Positions 37,062-49,299 of a stretch of DNA of 60,000 nt are shown here, one piece after another (the stretch's first letter is position 1; the number at the start of each line of letters is the position of its first letter). The DNA comes from Lama guanicoe. Taxonomy: Eukaryota. Both the position numbers and the translations under genes were made by a program. The stretch is from the NCBI GenBank assembly GCA_013239625.1, contig MU053934.1, positions 11,387,003-11,447,002 on the forward strand, given 5' to 3'. The notes under the pieces were generated by a model, which was given only the letters and a program-made list of their open reading frames with translations, did not search any database and had not been told where the DNA came from.

Positions 37062-37445
37062 CTCTGTCCCTGAGCCCCCCTGCGGCCCCCGGGCCCCCGG
37101 GCCCCCTCCTCGGCTCTGGGGCTCTGTCCCTGAGCCCCCCTGTGGCCCCCGGGCCCCCTCCTCGGCTCTCGGGGCTCTGTCCCTGAGCCCCCTGCGGCCC
37201 CCGGGCCCCCGGGCCCCCTCCTCGCTCTGGGGCTCTGTCCCTGAGCCCCCCTGTGGCCCCCGGGCCCCCTCCTCGGCTCTCGGGGCTCTGTCCCTGAGCC
37301 CCCCTGCGGCCCCCGGGCCCCCGGGCCCCCTCCTCGGCTCTCGGGGCTCTGTCCCTGAGCCCCCCTGCGGCCCCCGGGTCCCCGGGCCCCCAGGCCCCCT
37401 CCTCGGCTCTCGGGGCTCTGTCCCTGAGCCCCCCTGCGGCGTCTG
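37062..37445 (+). repeat. GC-rich minisatellite, 53-69-bp units, about 6.5 copies visible
   Basis: Anchor ctctgtccctgagccccc recurs at 37062, 37122, 37175, 37233, 37286, 37347 and 37416. Confidence 0.95.
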
Positions 37446-37885
37446 GGCCCCCAGGCCCCGGGCCTGTGCGCTCAGGGCCGGCCTCCCCTTCCTCCGGGCA
37501 GTGTTTCCGTCCGGCCGGTGTTACTGCTGCGGTGCGCGTCGCAATGCGCTAACGAAGTGTGAGTTTCTGGGAGCTTTTCCTGGTGGTGGTGGTTTCTGTT
37601 CAGATTTTTGAAAGTTTCTCCTTTGGTTAGTTTTGAAATGTGCTTTTCGCGCGTTTTCCCCACTTCCGCTAAGGGGCGGGTTTGCTGGCAACGCTGGCCG
37701 CGGGGTGGCCGTCAGGGGTGCAGCCGGGTCCGCGCCTGACGCGCGGTTGTGCGTCCTCGCGTCTCGGCGCGTCAAGCCGCCTCGGAGCTCGTCCGCTGCG
37801 CGAAGCCTCTCAGACAGCCGCCCCGGGCCTCGTCCGTTCTCCCTGCTGCCCGCTTCTCGCTTCGCCGACTGCTGGCCACGCCTTC
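37440..37885. promoter_or_regulatory. CpG-island-like segment
   Basis: Dense CpG (gcgcgtcgc, cgcgcctgacgcgcgg, cgtctcggcgcgtc) between the minisatellite and the AT-rich L1 block. Confidence 0.55.
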
Positions 37886-38384
37886 ACTGTTCCCTTCCTT
37901 CCAACTATTTTGGTTTAGTTTGCTTTACCCCATAACCAACTTCTTATGACCAGAATTATGTACAATTGCATTCAACGCTTCTTCTCTTTAAACCTAAACC
38001 TTTAGCTCCAAAAATCCCCTGTAAGGACTAAGTGCCCACCCCTCATTTCTACTTATTTGTGCTCATTACTCTTCAGCGTGACTTTCTCCACTATTCCTTG
38101 CAGTTTCCCTCTCTGACCCATGAGCTATTTGGATGTGATTTATTTGAGATATATATATATGTGTGTGTGTGTGTTGTGTGTTTTTATGTAACAATTCTAT
38201 CACTGATTTTAATTCCGTTATGATTAGAAAATATAATTTGCATGATTTCAGTCTTTTGCATTTTATTGAGATTTGTTTTAAGGCTCAATTTCTGTTTTTT
38301 GAAAATGGTTCTGTGAGTGCTTGGAAAGAGTGAAGATTCAAGTTTTGGCTGGCAGTGGTCTGGAAATGCACATTAGTTTAAGTG

Positions 38385-38539
38385 GAAGAGGAGGGTAGAG
38401 GGATAAACTGGGAGCTCAGGATTTGCAGATCCTAACCACTCTACATAAAACAGATAAACAGCAAGGCCCTACCGTGCAGCACAGGGAACTATATTCAAGA
38501 CCATGTAATAGCCTATAATGAAAAAGAACATGAAAAGGA

Positions 38540-38573
<34 letters not shown>

Positions 38574-38655
38574 CTTAAAAACTCTGTGGTGCACCAGAAA
38601 TTAACACAACGTTGTAAACTGATTATACTTCAATTAAAAAAAAATAAAAAAATAA
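38385..38655 (+). mobile_element. Camelid/artiodactyl L1 3' end with (TG)n and poly-A
   Basis: gggataaactgggagctcaggatttgcagat...gcacagggaactatattcaa...ccagaaattaacacaacgttgtaaactgattatacttcaattaaaaaaaaataaaaa. (TG)n at 38541-38571. Confidence 0.85.
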
Positions 38656-38994
38656 ATGGGTTGACACTGTGGTCACATCTTTGATACCTCACTAATTTTA
38701 TTGTTACTGTTTTTACGTACATGATCTACTAATTACTGAGAGAAGACCATTAAAACCTCCCAGTGTAATCGTGCACCAATCTTCTCTTTTAATTCTGCAG
38801 ATTTTTTGCTTCGAGTGTTTGAAGCACTTTTATGTGTGTGCATACACTTGAGAAATTGTTACTGTTTGAATGAATGTCTCTTCTTCATGTTATACAATGT
38901 CCCTCTTTCTATCTGCTACATCGTCTTATCTCAGCCCTCTGTGCCTGGTGTTAGTATAGTACGGAGTGTTTCCATTGTGTATCTTCTACTTGTT

Positions 38995-39160
38995 ACTTTT
39001 TTATCTTTTTCTAATTGAAGTATAGTTGATTTACAACATTATATCAGTTCCAGGTGTCCAGCATCTTGACTCACTATTTTTATAGGTTACAGTCCATCTG
39101 AAGTTGTTAAAAATACCAGCTACGTGCCCTGCGTGGTGCAATGTGTCCTTGTTCCATATT
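38995..39160 (-). mobile_element. Short artiodactyl-type L1 3' tail
   Basis: ttttctaattgaagtatagttgatttacaacattatatcagttccaggtgtccagcat. Confidence 0.7.
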
Positions 39161-41059
39161 CACTTGTCTTTGCTTTTAACTCGCCTAGTTCTTTGTATTT
39201 AAATTGTATCTTTTATAAACAGCAAGTAACTGAGTCTGGGTTTTTGTCCACTCTGTCCCTGACTTTTAATTGGAGCATTTAGTTCATTTATAGTTAAAGG
39301 AATATTTGATTTGATTTAAGTCAACTATCGTTCTATTTGTTTTCAATTTGTCCCCACTATTCTTTGTTTCTTTCTCCTGCCTTATTTTGGATTAATTGAA
39401 TATATTTTACTATTTATTTTCCTTTTTTAATGGCTTATTTTTGTTTTGCCTGATGAAGTATGTTTTATATGTGCAGTAAGATGCACCAATTTAAAGCATA
39501 TGGATTTTGTCAACACTACCACCACCACAGTCAAGATACATAACGTTTCTATTAACCCAAAAGTCTCTCCCACCCTTGGCAGTCAATTCACTCTCTCACC
39601 CCGGCCCCCTATTAATGCTGATCTGATTTCTATCAGCGTAGTTATGAGGTTTCTAGAAGTTTATATAAACTGAAGCATTCAGTGTTGCTGGTTCACATCT
39701 GGCTTCCTTCACGCAGCATGATGGTGCTGAGGCTCAGCCATGCTGTCATGTCACTGTCTTACTCTGTTTTATTGCGGACCGGTTCCCACAGCGCAGACAC
39801 ACCACTGTGCGCTCATTCATGCACCACCTGATGGGCGTTTGGGTTCTTTGCGGTTTCTGGCTATTCGGATGAAGCTGAGCTGCATGAATATTCACGCACA
39901 AGTCTTTGAGTGGGCATATGTTTTTCACTTTTCTCCGAGAAAAATGTCTAGGATTGGAAACGGGGTCAGGCAGAAGTGTACACTGAGCTTTATAAAACCT
40001 GCTGAACTGTTTTGCACAGCGTCTGTCCCACTTTGCATTCCCACCAGCAAAACATGAAAACTCCACCTGCTCCCTGTCCTCAGCAGCACTGGGTGTTTTC
40101 AGTCTTTTAAACGTTCACCATTCTAGTGGGTGTGCAGTGGTGTCTCATCGTGGTTTTAATTTGCATTCTTCTAAAGGCTAACGATACTGAGCGCCTTTTC
40201 ATATGCTTATTAACCACATGTTTATCCTCCTTGGTAAAGCATCTGTTCAAATATCGGCCCATTTCTCAAATGTGTTGTTTGTCATCTTATTCCTGAGTTG
40301 TGAGAGTTCTCTGTGTATTCATGATACAAGCCCATTTTGTATGTTTTGCAACTTTTTCCTCCCAGTCCATGATGTGCCTTTTCATCTTCTTGTGCACTTT
40401 AAAGAGCAAACGCTGTAATTTTGATAGTCTCATTTAGAAGTTTTAAAAACTATGTAGTTCAAGTTTTTACTGCCTTATTAAGAAATCTTTACTGAGCACA
40501 AGGCCAGTAAGTGTTTCTCTTATGTTTTTTCCAGAACATCCACTGTTTCATCACTTCAGTTTAGTCCTCTTTCCTATTTCGAGTTATCTTTTCTATACAG
40601 TGAAGACTGCACTTCACTGTTTTTGCATATAGGTATGTATTCTTGGTGGACCTTTGTTGACAATATTGTCCTTTCCCAATGGATTATCTTAGCACCTTTG
40701 TCAAAAAATCAATTAATCAAATTTCTGTGGGTCAGTTTCTGGACCTTCTATTCAGTTCCACTAATCTGTCTGCCGGTCTTTACCTCTCTGATTCTGTTGC
40801 TGCTTTGTGATGCGTCTTGAGAGCAGATGGTGTCAGTCTCAATACTTTATTCTTCTTTTTCAAAATTATTTCAACTCCTATAGTTCCTTTGCATGTCAAC
40901 ATCAACTTCAGAATAAGTTTATTAATTTCTACAGAACAAAAATTGGGACAGTGACTGAGATGTCATTAAATCTTTGTCAGTTTATAGAGAACTCATAATT
41001 TGACAGTAATTTTTGTCCAGCTCATGGTCGTGATTTATTTCTCCACTTACTCAGCTAGT

Positions 41060-41492
41060 TGTGGTAGCACAGTAATGCCCCCACCCAGATGGCCACGCCT
41101 TAATCTCCAGAAACTTTCAAAATGTTCACTTACCTGGCAAAAGGGACTTTGCAGATGTGATTCAGACAAGGTCCTTGAGAAGAGATTACCCTGAATTCTC
41201 CAGAGGGGTTCTGGCCAATCAAGTAAATCTTAAAATTCAGAGACCCTTCCCCAGCTGTGGTCAGAGGGAGATGCGGTCATTGGAAGAACAGTTAGAGAGA
41301 AGTAACTTCACTGGCTTTGAAAATGGGGGAAGGGGCCACGAGCCAAGGAAATAGGTGGCCTCTAGGAGCTGGAAAAAGCCAGAGAACAGGTTTTTGTCTA
41401 GCGTCTCCACAGAGGAGAGCAGCCCTGATGGCACGTGGGTTTAAGTACTGAGCGCACTTCAGGCATTGTACACAGCTGCGGGAAACACACTC
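41060..41492 (+). mobile_element. MaLR solo LTR (MLT1D-like) nested in L1
   Basis: tgtggtagcacagtaatgccccc...tggcaaaagggactttgcagatgtgatt...ctggctttgaaaatgggggaaggggccacgagccaaggaaataggtggcctctaggagctggaaaa. Confidence 0.85.
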
Positions 41493-41759
41493 TACTTAAA
41501 TTTCAACTTTCAGTGATTTGTTTCTAGCATTTAGAAATACAGTGGGTTTTTGTAAATTCATCTTAAACCCAGAAACACTACTAAACTCATTTATTTGTTA
41601 AAAAGATTTTTATAGATTTTTTTTGGAATTTTCTACAGAGATGATCATGTCGCCTGCAGATGAAGACAGTTGTATTTCTTTCATTCCAACATGCAAGCCT
41701 TTCATTTCTTTTCTTGCCTTACTGAGCTGGCGAGGGCCCGCAGGACACCAGCCATGGCG

Positions 41760-41975
41760 GGCCACCTCTCGAGACGCCGTCTCTCTGGGGCTGACCCTTC
41801 CGCCTCCTCCTTCCCACGTGGTCACACGGGCCCACCTGGATGATCACACATAATCCCCCTGCATCAAGGTGTTTCACTTAATCGCACTTGCAAAGCCATT
41901 GTCAGGTGAGGAGACCCCCGTGGGCCCTGGCACTGGGGCATGGGCGTGTTTGGGTGTCATTACTCTGCCTGTCTT
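41760..41975 (-). mobile_element. MLT1 fragment, antisense
   Basis: gggcccacctggatgatcacacataatccccctgcatcaagg...cttaatcgcacttgcaaagcc...gtcattactctgcct. Confidence 0.7.
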
Positions 41976-43943
41976 GTTGGTGATGCGGACGCGCTGAGAC
42001 CCCCTGAGCTGGGGCCAAGGCCTCCATTAGACGCAGCCTGGCTGCGATTCGCAGCTCACGCCCCTCCCCCCTCTTTTGTCAGGATGATGCTCTGGGAGCT
42101 CAGGCTGAGGTTCAAAATCCTTGTTGCACCTGTGGATTCAACTCTAGCAGGTGGCTGGGAGGAGACATCGTACAAAATGTGTTCAGCTCACAACGGAAAA
42201 CAAAACGACAGCGTGAGAACATCACCATGTTTCATTCCCAGTGAAGCGGTGGGTCTAGGTGTTGAGCGTCAGTGACAGCTGATGTCAAATGTCAAAAAAA
42301 AACAAAAACAAAACCACAGATGCCAGGCACCTCCTGGTGGGAGAAGCAGCCGTCCTGCCCGGGGGTGGCCCCTGAGCCCAGGGAAGCCTCAGACTCCCTG
42401 GAGATGCAGAGGACAGGGGAGCATGCAGCCCTGCACCACAAGGGTGAAATCAGCCGACTCCCAGTGATGGCAGGCCCTGCTGACTGAGCAGCGCGGCTCC
42501 TACAGCCGACAAACTGTAAGGAGGGCATCAGACGAGAGGCAGGCTGATTAAAAGAGGCATGAAAGGCATCACATGAGAGAAAAGACCGAGCAAGCCTTCG
42601 CATCCAGGGATGCAGACTTCACCTGTAAAGCCATACGGCAAGACGAGGACGTGGCTCCTCCAAAGTCAGGGCCCCTGGGAGCACCGTGCCGCTTCCAGAC
42701 AGGAAGCAGCCGGGAGCCCAGCTTGGAGGGAGATGAGCCTCCACCGTGAATGTGTTACCTCTGAGGGGCTGGGTGTTCAAGTGGGGGTGCTGGACAGGGG
42801 CCTGGATTCACATGTGTCCACACGTGGTTTGGAGAGAGTCTGGCCCCAGCCTGACCCCGCAGAGAACCTTGCAGCCTGAACTGTACCTGCAAAGCCCCTT
42901 CGTACCAAGAGCCAGGGTCCTGGAGGTGAGCATGGGGGTAACCCCCAGACCTCCCAGCCTCGCATCAGGTCGGGGCCCTCTGCCCACCGTGACCGGTGGG
43001 CGCACAGGCTCGTCGGGGGTGAGTGGTCTGCACCTGGCAGCACTGCCCACAGGGGCCTCGGTCGCAGGTGAAGTCAGAGGATGTCAGAGAAGAGGCCGTC
43101 AGAACTGGACGGGGTTGACATCAGTGACCTGAAGGGAGCAGTAGGCACCAGAGCCCCTGGTGTCCTGGGGGTGGGTATGGAGACCTTGCCCTTGTGGGGG
43201 AGTTTTCTGCAAGGGAGTAAAGAGATCCTGTGACTGGAAGGTAGGTCCCCCTCCCTCCCCCCGCCACCACCGCTCAGCTCCTGCCACCGTGTTCGGACGC
43301 CTCGTGGATTCCCGACCCTCTTCCTCTTGCCGGGCACCCCAGCCTCCCCGCAGGCACCCCCCATCTCACTGCACGGGGTCCCGGAAGTGGATCTTAAATC
43401 AGAGAGGAGCTCACGTTTCCAAAGTCAGCCCTGGGAACCGAGGAAGCGCCTGAGTGGGAAGCCCCAGGTTCCCTCCTCGCCCCGCCTGAAGCAGCCCCGC
43501 CTCTCAGGAGGCGTCTCCGCCCTGTGCACGCTGTCCGGTCCTGGCACGCTGGCCTCCTGGTCCCGGAAAGGGGGTGCCGCCCCCCAGCACACATTGCCGC
43601 CCTGTGCACGCTGTCCGGAGGCTGGAGGAGAAAGTGGTCGGAGACGCAGCTGGACGCCTCCTCTGACGCCTCGCCTCGCCCCAGGGCCCCACTCTTTCCT
43701 ATCAAAGTGTCCAGCTGAAGCCCAGTCTCAGGAGCCGTGTGGACAAAGCTGCAGTCAGGCTCCCGGAGAAGCCCGCCCGTGCAGGACCCTCTCCTGGGCC
43801 CTGGCAGGGGGCTCGGGCTCGGTTCTAATGCCCTTTGTAGGTTACGATAGAAGTCCATTTCTTTTACTCTGATGGAATTAAGTAACCATACACTCCTTTC
43901 CAAGACAGACGCAGCTTCAGAATAGGACTGTGTCCTGGAACCA

Positions 43944-44050
43944 GCCCTGAGCCCTGAGCCTGAGCCCTGAGCCCTGAGCCTGAGCCCTGAGCCCTGAGCC
44001 TGAGCCCTGAGCCCTGAGCCCTGAGCCCTGAGCCTGAGCCCTGAGCCCTG
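43944..44050 (+). repeat. (GCCCTGA/GCCTGA)n tandem repeat, 16 units
   Basis: 7-mers interspersed with 6-mers; the first three periods are an exact 20-bp 7+7+6 unit. Confidence 0.95.
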
Positions 44051-45899
44051 GCCTCCTTAGACATTTCCAAGAGGACCCGAGTTGAGAGCTTCTGCCCACA
44101 GCCCTTGAGGCTCCGGGTGGTTCTGTTCTGCACGGAGATGCCTGGCATCACACACTCACGTGTGCACCCTTGATGAGCAACCGTGCTCTCCCACAGAGCC
44201 GGCTGGCCCTCGGCCCCTGGCTGTGCCACCTGCCCCCGAGGAGACGCCGTCCTGCCACCGCAAGCTCTGGCCAGAGCCCTGCCTCCCGCCTCCCGCGCCC
44301 GCTGTGCTGGCCTCTCACCTCAGGGCTTCTGCCCCGGGAAAGGGCTGCTCCCAGCATCGGGCACACCGCCTCTCAACCAGGGGGCTGGGGAGGAAGACCC
44401 AGGCCCGGGCACCTGGGGCCCTCCTCCAGGGAGAGGCTCTGAGGTTGGGGAGCTCTGTTAGAGAACTGGGTCATTTGTGTGTGTGAGATGGACAGGCACA
44501 CACATGGAGGGTCCCTGCTAGAAATCTCATCATCCCTGAAGGGCTGACCTGTGGAGGCGGAAAAAGAGTGAGAGGGTCAGAAGGAGAACTGGGGGGGGGG
44601 CTTCCAAGGAGGTGGGCTTCCTGGGAAAGAAGGAGCAGCTCTCAGCCTGAGGGGAGGGGCGGCAGGGGCGGGGGTGAGGGGGCAGGAGAGGAAGAGCCTG
44701 TCCCCAGAAGGAGGTTCAGGGGACGGAGGCTCGGGGTCCCACAGCATGCAGATGCTGGCCCGGTAGCTGTGTGCTTCGCCTGCCTGATGCCAGAGGCTGG
44801 CCGAAAGGAAGGCTTCACGGGTCCACCCGCTGCTTTACAAGACGTCAGGCGACTGGCTGGAACGTATCCTGCCCCAGACTGGCTGGGTTTGCACTTGCTT
44901 GGATGCTGAACAGATGGAGGCTTGGGCAGGAGTCGCTGGCCCTCCGGCACTTGGGCCCGCCCCCAGGCCCCCGAGGCTGGTGGCAGATGCACTGACCACC
45001 CAGGCTGTGCTGAGGTGTGGAGGCCCGGGCACGGCTTTGCGCAGGCAGGCGTGTCCTGTGGGGTGAGAGCCTCTCCCGGGGAACTGGGGGAGCACGGGGC
45101 AGGGGTCAGGCCTGCCCAGCCTGGAGGCCCCCACAGAGGCCCCCTTGGGACCGACTGCATCTTATTTTGCAACAAATTCCCCGTCACTTTTCTCTCCCAA
45201 AGTTCTGGGTCCTCCGAAAAGAAAAGAAGAAAAGCCCGTTGCACATTGTTCGTAACAGCCCTGTGGTTCAGAAAGCACAGCACATTCGTCCCTTCGCAGT
45301 CCTCGTCCCCAGGTCAGGTCTGATGGATTCCGTGAATGGGGGGCTGCGGGGCTGGCTTTGCTTTCCTCGCGATAAATATTCATGTGAAGAGGAGAGACAA
45401 AGAAAGTGAGGTTCAAATACAGGCCACACTTGTCCGGGTGCCCCGGAGTGTCATGAAGGCACCCGCGCCGCCCACAGCCCCCAGGACGGGCACCCACTGG
45501 CCGCCCTCTGCACGCCAACCAGAGCAGTGTGAGCGGGGTTCTCTCAGACGTGAGCTCTGTGGCCATGGTGGGGGGAGCTTTGAGGCACCAGGGAAGAGGA
45601 GGATTTGGAGCACCTGGCTTGTGGGGGTGTCAGGCGGGCACATGGTGAAGCCTGCAGAGGCCGGGCCTGTGGCAGGGCCTCGGGTGCCCAGGAAGGCCGC
45701 AGCCCCGTCTGTCTCCTCCCGGGAGCCGAGCCCGAGCACTGAAGTCAGCGTGGAGCTGACAAGGGCCTCTGGGTTCGGCTGCACCATGCACGTCGCTCGG
45801 AAGCCCTCGCTCCTGTCCTTGCAGGAGAAGCGCTGAACAAACAGGAAAATCAATGGCTTCCCAGAGCCTCTGGGAGCTGAGGAGGCAGGGACCATCGCC

Positions 45900-46652
45900 T
45901 CCTGAAATCGAGCGACAGGTGAGCCCAGAGCTCCGCCCACCCGGGTGGCAGCTGCCAGGGCTGCTCACTGGCAGGAACATGTGCACAGCCACCGGTCGCT
46001 CGGACAGATCCTTGGAGGCGACTGTTTCCAGCAGCCTGGGCATCGTCACCCAGCACTGGGAGCAGCCAGGGTGCCCCGCAGTCGACGATGGATAAGTAAA
46101 CGGGGGTCCACCCAGACGGGGCACTGTCGTTCCACACTGAAAAGAAATGACCTATCAAGCCATGGAGAGACGTGGCAGAGACTTAAATGCGTGTCCCTAA
46201 GTGAGAGAGACCCGTCTGCAAAGGCTACAAGACTGTGTGACTCCGACTCCGGGACGTTCCGGAAAAGGCAGAACGACGAGTGGCCGTGGGAGGTCTGCGG
46301 CGAGCAGGGACGAGGTGAACGCGGGGCAGAGAGGGTCCCGAGGGCAGGGAAACCCTGCAGGAAGCTGTGACGGTGGCCTCGTGTCACTATCTGCCTGCCC
46401 AAACCCGCAGAATGTGACACCAGCAGTGGCCACCCCCACCCTCCGACGTGCACCCTGGACTTCAGTTAGTAACAGTGTGTCAGTACTGGGCCACGGGCTG
46501 TAACGCACAACTGCACACCCGCAAGCTGTTAACAGCAGGGGAACTGCTCCCGGGAGGTGGGGGCGCAGTGGGCACACGGGACCCTCTGTACCGTCTGCTC
46601 AGTTCCGCTGTCAATCTAAAAGGCACTAAAAATGTAGAGTCTGTGTAAAAAC
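45900..46652 (+). mobile_element. Ancient L1MC-class 3' end, GC-eroded
   Basis: aaaagaaatgacctatcaagccatggagagacgtggcagagacttaaatgcgtgtccctaagtgagagagacccgtctgcaaaggctaca...ctctgtaccgtctgctcagttccgctgtcaatctaaaaggcactaaaaa. Confidence 0.85.
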
Positions 46653-46689
46653 AGCCAATGAAAGATCCCAGACAGGTCCCAGTTCCTCG

Positions 46690-47880
46690 AACCACCCGCC
46701 CTCCCCCACACATCCCCAGCATTTCTCCCTAAAGTAAAGCTCGTGCCTTTCCCACCCACTTAAAACCAGGTTCCCCACACACGGTTGTAGCCACGAACAG
46801 GGAACATGCACAGCTTCTGCTCGCCTTTACGCCGAAGGTGCCACACTGTGCATGTGAGTGTGGACCCCGCGCTGTTGTGAGATAGCTTCCTGCTGAGATA
46901 AACACGCGCAGCTCATTCGTTTAAACAACTGCAATGTGTCCACTCTGCTCACACGTCCCGGTTCGCTTGTCCTCTTTCCTGCTGGTGGACGTTGGGTGTG
47001 GCCGTGTATTTGCTGTAACTGATGGTGCTGCCCGAACGTCCCTGCGAGTCTCCGTGAGCGCGTGGATGAGAGCTGCGGGGGGAGGCGCGCAGGCGGCGCA
47101 CACGGCTCCAGCGCCGCTCGGCCACCTCACCCGGCTGCGCCCCGGGACCCTCCCTCCCGAGGGTGTCCCCCTCGCATCTGACACTGTCAGTCCGAAGTGT
47201 CCAAGGTGATCTCATCATCTCACGTCTGGATGACGTCAAAGTGTCCCCATATGTTTGCTGGACAGTGGAGTTCCTTCTCTTCCAAACTGCACATTTACGT
47301 CTTTCTACACCTTTATCACATTTTCCTTCCTCTTGAAGCTTTGTAGGAGGGGTTTGCATGGTCCAGATAAAACCCATTATTGATTTTATTGGACAAAAGA
47401 ATCTCCTCCTACGTCATTATTTATGGTGGTTTTGCTGTAAAAGTTTTAAATTTCGATGTAATGAAATGCATTCTTCATTTCCTTTGGGTTTGGGTTTTTG
47501 TGTCTTATTTAAGAAATAAGAACATGAATAAGAATAAGAAAAACATTTTCTTCTAGGATTTTAAAGTTTAGATCTGTGTGCCATCTGGAATCCGTTTTCA
47601 TTTGTGGCTGAGGGAGAGAAAACCTTCCGCTCCCAGATGGCTGGCCTGGTGCTCCTGCCTCCTTCACCGAGGAGCCCGCCCGTCCTGCACTGACGCGTGG
47701 GACACCTTAGTGACGGGCCGAGCATGCATGTGAGTGTGGGTGCTCGTGGACCCCCTCTGTCCCAGCGACGTATCTGGTGAACGAGGTTGTTCAGTGCTTT
47801 GTGCAGCGTTTCCGTCCCTGGAGTGGGCGGCCTTGCCTGGCCGGCAGCATGTCTCTGTTTTGTTTATGTGTTTGATTTAT
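46690..47880 (-). mobile_element. Ancient L1ME-class 3' region, antisense
   Basis: gtggacgttgggtgtggccgtgtatttgctgtaact; aaagttttaaatttcgatgtaatgaaatgcatt; ttttcttctaggattttaaagtt; ccatctggaatccgttttc. Confidence 0.7.
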
Positions 47881-48289
47881 CATTTCCCGGCTGTCCTTCT
47901 ATGAGGCTCTCTTAGCTCCTCCAGGCTGGGTCGCCACCCACAGCCCCACGGCCCTTGTGGACACAGCACGTATCCAGGGCCTGCCGCACGTGCAGCGCGC
48001 GTCCTGGGATCTAGGGCCCCCTGTGTTTTGAGAGCCGGGCGCGGCCCGGAGCAGAGGCTCTGTGACTGGCTCCCGGGTGAGTGGAGGCAGGGAGGGGTGC
48101 TGAGGTGGTGGCCTGGTTCCTCCAAGTGCCAGAAACTCCGCTCTGGAGCTGAAAGTGAAGAGGGGGGCCCCCGTGCGGACTCGCGGCAGGTGGAGAGCCG
48201 GGTGCGCGGGGTGCTCTGTCAACGGTGCGCAGAGCAGCGGCCCCTGAAGCACGTGGACAAGCCAAACCTTCGCAAAGCGCCTGGTGTGC

Positions 48290-48372
48290 GGTCGCTCCAT
48301 CCTCTCAGCAGCCCTGCGAGGTGGGTGCTGGGTGCCGGCCTGACTCTCCAGCTGAGGAAACTCAGGGGCACC
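48290..48372 (-). mobile_element. MIR core fragment
   Basis: catcctctcagcagccctgcgaggtgggtgct...ccagctgaggaaactcagg. Confidence 0.6.
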
Positions 48373-48699
48373 ACCGCGATCGCACCCGGGGCCAGTCTTC
48401 CTGCTGCAGCCACTAACCCTTGCCCCGAACTCAGCCCTGCACGTGGAGGCACGGGCACTGGACGCGCGTGCATACGCGTGACTGTGTGTTTTACCGGAAA
48501 AAGTAACACTTCAGCATGGTTCACGCCTCAAATAATGCAAGGGTTATGCAAACAAGGGCTGCGGCTGTGCCCCGGAGCTGCCGGCCCCCTTCCCAGGGGC
48601 GAAGCCCGCTGACAGACCGTTGTGAATCCTCCCAGACGCGCTCCCCCGCCCTGGGCCTGGGGAGTTTCTGTGTCGCTGTGAGTGTGTCTGTGCACCCGT

Positions 48700-49060
48700 C
48701 GCCCTTCTGAAACATTAACAGGAGCGTTGTGCGCGCTCTGCTTTGCATTTGCGTTCCTCACTGAGCAATCTATTTTGGAGAGGTGCTAATCCGTTCTTTC
48801 AAAAATGGCTCCACGGTATTCCATGAATTATTTACACACTCCCGTGATGAGAGTCCTTAGATTGGTTCTAGGCACCTGTAATTATTCTTTTAAAAAATGG
48901 AAATCTTTGTAATATATCTCTGTTCTTACAGGCACGTGCTCGTGCAGAGCAGCACTCTGAATGTGGGCGTGCTGCGACAGACCGCAAGTGCATTTCGCCG
49001 TTTGGGAGATGCTCTGAATTACTAGAATTACGCCCCAAAGAGGTTGCAGTGGTCGCCTGG
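48700..49060 (-). mobile_element. Ancient L1ME-class fragment
   Basis: ccgttctttcaaaaatggctccacggtattccatgaattatttacacactccc...ccccaaagaggttgcag. Confidence 0.55.
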
Positions 49061-49299
49061 CCGCCGGGAGAGGATGCGGACTTGCCCTGAGCACCCCGTC
49101 AATCCAGGGCACACCGCGCCCAGCGGGGACGCCGCCTCTAAGGAGAACGCTGCGTCACCGGCCCACTGGTTTGCTCATCTTCACCTTCATGCCATTCGGA
49201 CGTTTTGCATTAGGCTTATCGACTGCTTGTGTTTCCTGTGCTGAAAATGACACCCCACGTTCTCCAGCCGTTTGAGGGGAGAGGCGGGGAGGGGTTGGC

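Larger units (their letters stand above)
37900..41730 (-). mobile_element. Block of ancient antisense L1 (L1M/L1MB/L1ME) with nested younger insertions
   Basis: T-rich L1 ORF2/3' text: tcactgattttaattccgttatgattagaaaatataatttgcatgatttcag; cattctagtgggtgtgcagtggtgtctcatcgtggttttaatttgcatt; gcacctttgtcaaaaaatcaatt. A separate L1 3' terminus starts near 39440. Confidence 0.85.

Noticed and set aside
37062..37445. CRISPR-like repeat-spacer periodicity (also 56408-56663 and 43517-43618)
   Set aside because: In the two arrays the intervening sequences are themselves repeats, not unique spacers, and the 43.5-kb repeat has only two copies. The context is mammalian and there are no cas genes.
36017..37611. 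Long ORFs with X runs and repeated SVPEPPCGP motifs
   Set aside because: Products of assembly gaps and the minisatellite.
39446..41354. Short hydrophobic ORFs in the AT-rich block (also 34-375)
   Set aside because: Antisense translations of decayed L1 or LTR sequence; no intact L1 ORF1 or ORF2 remains.
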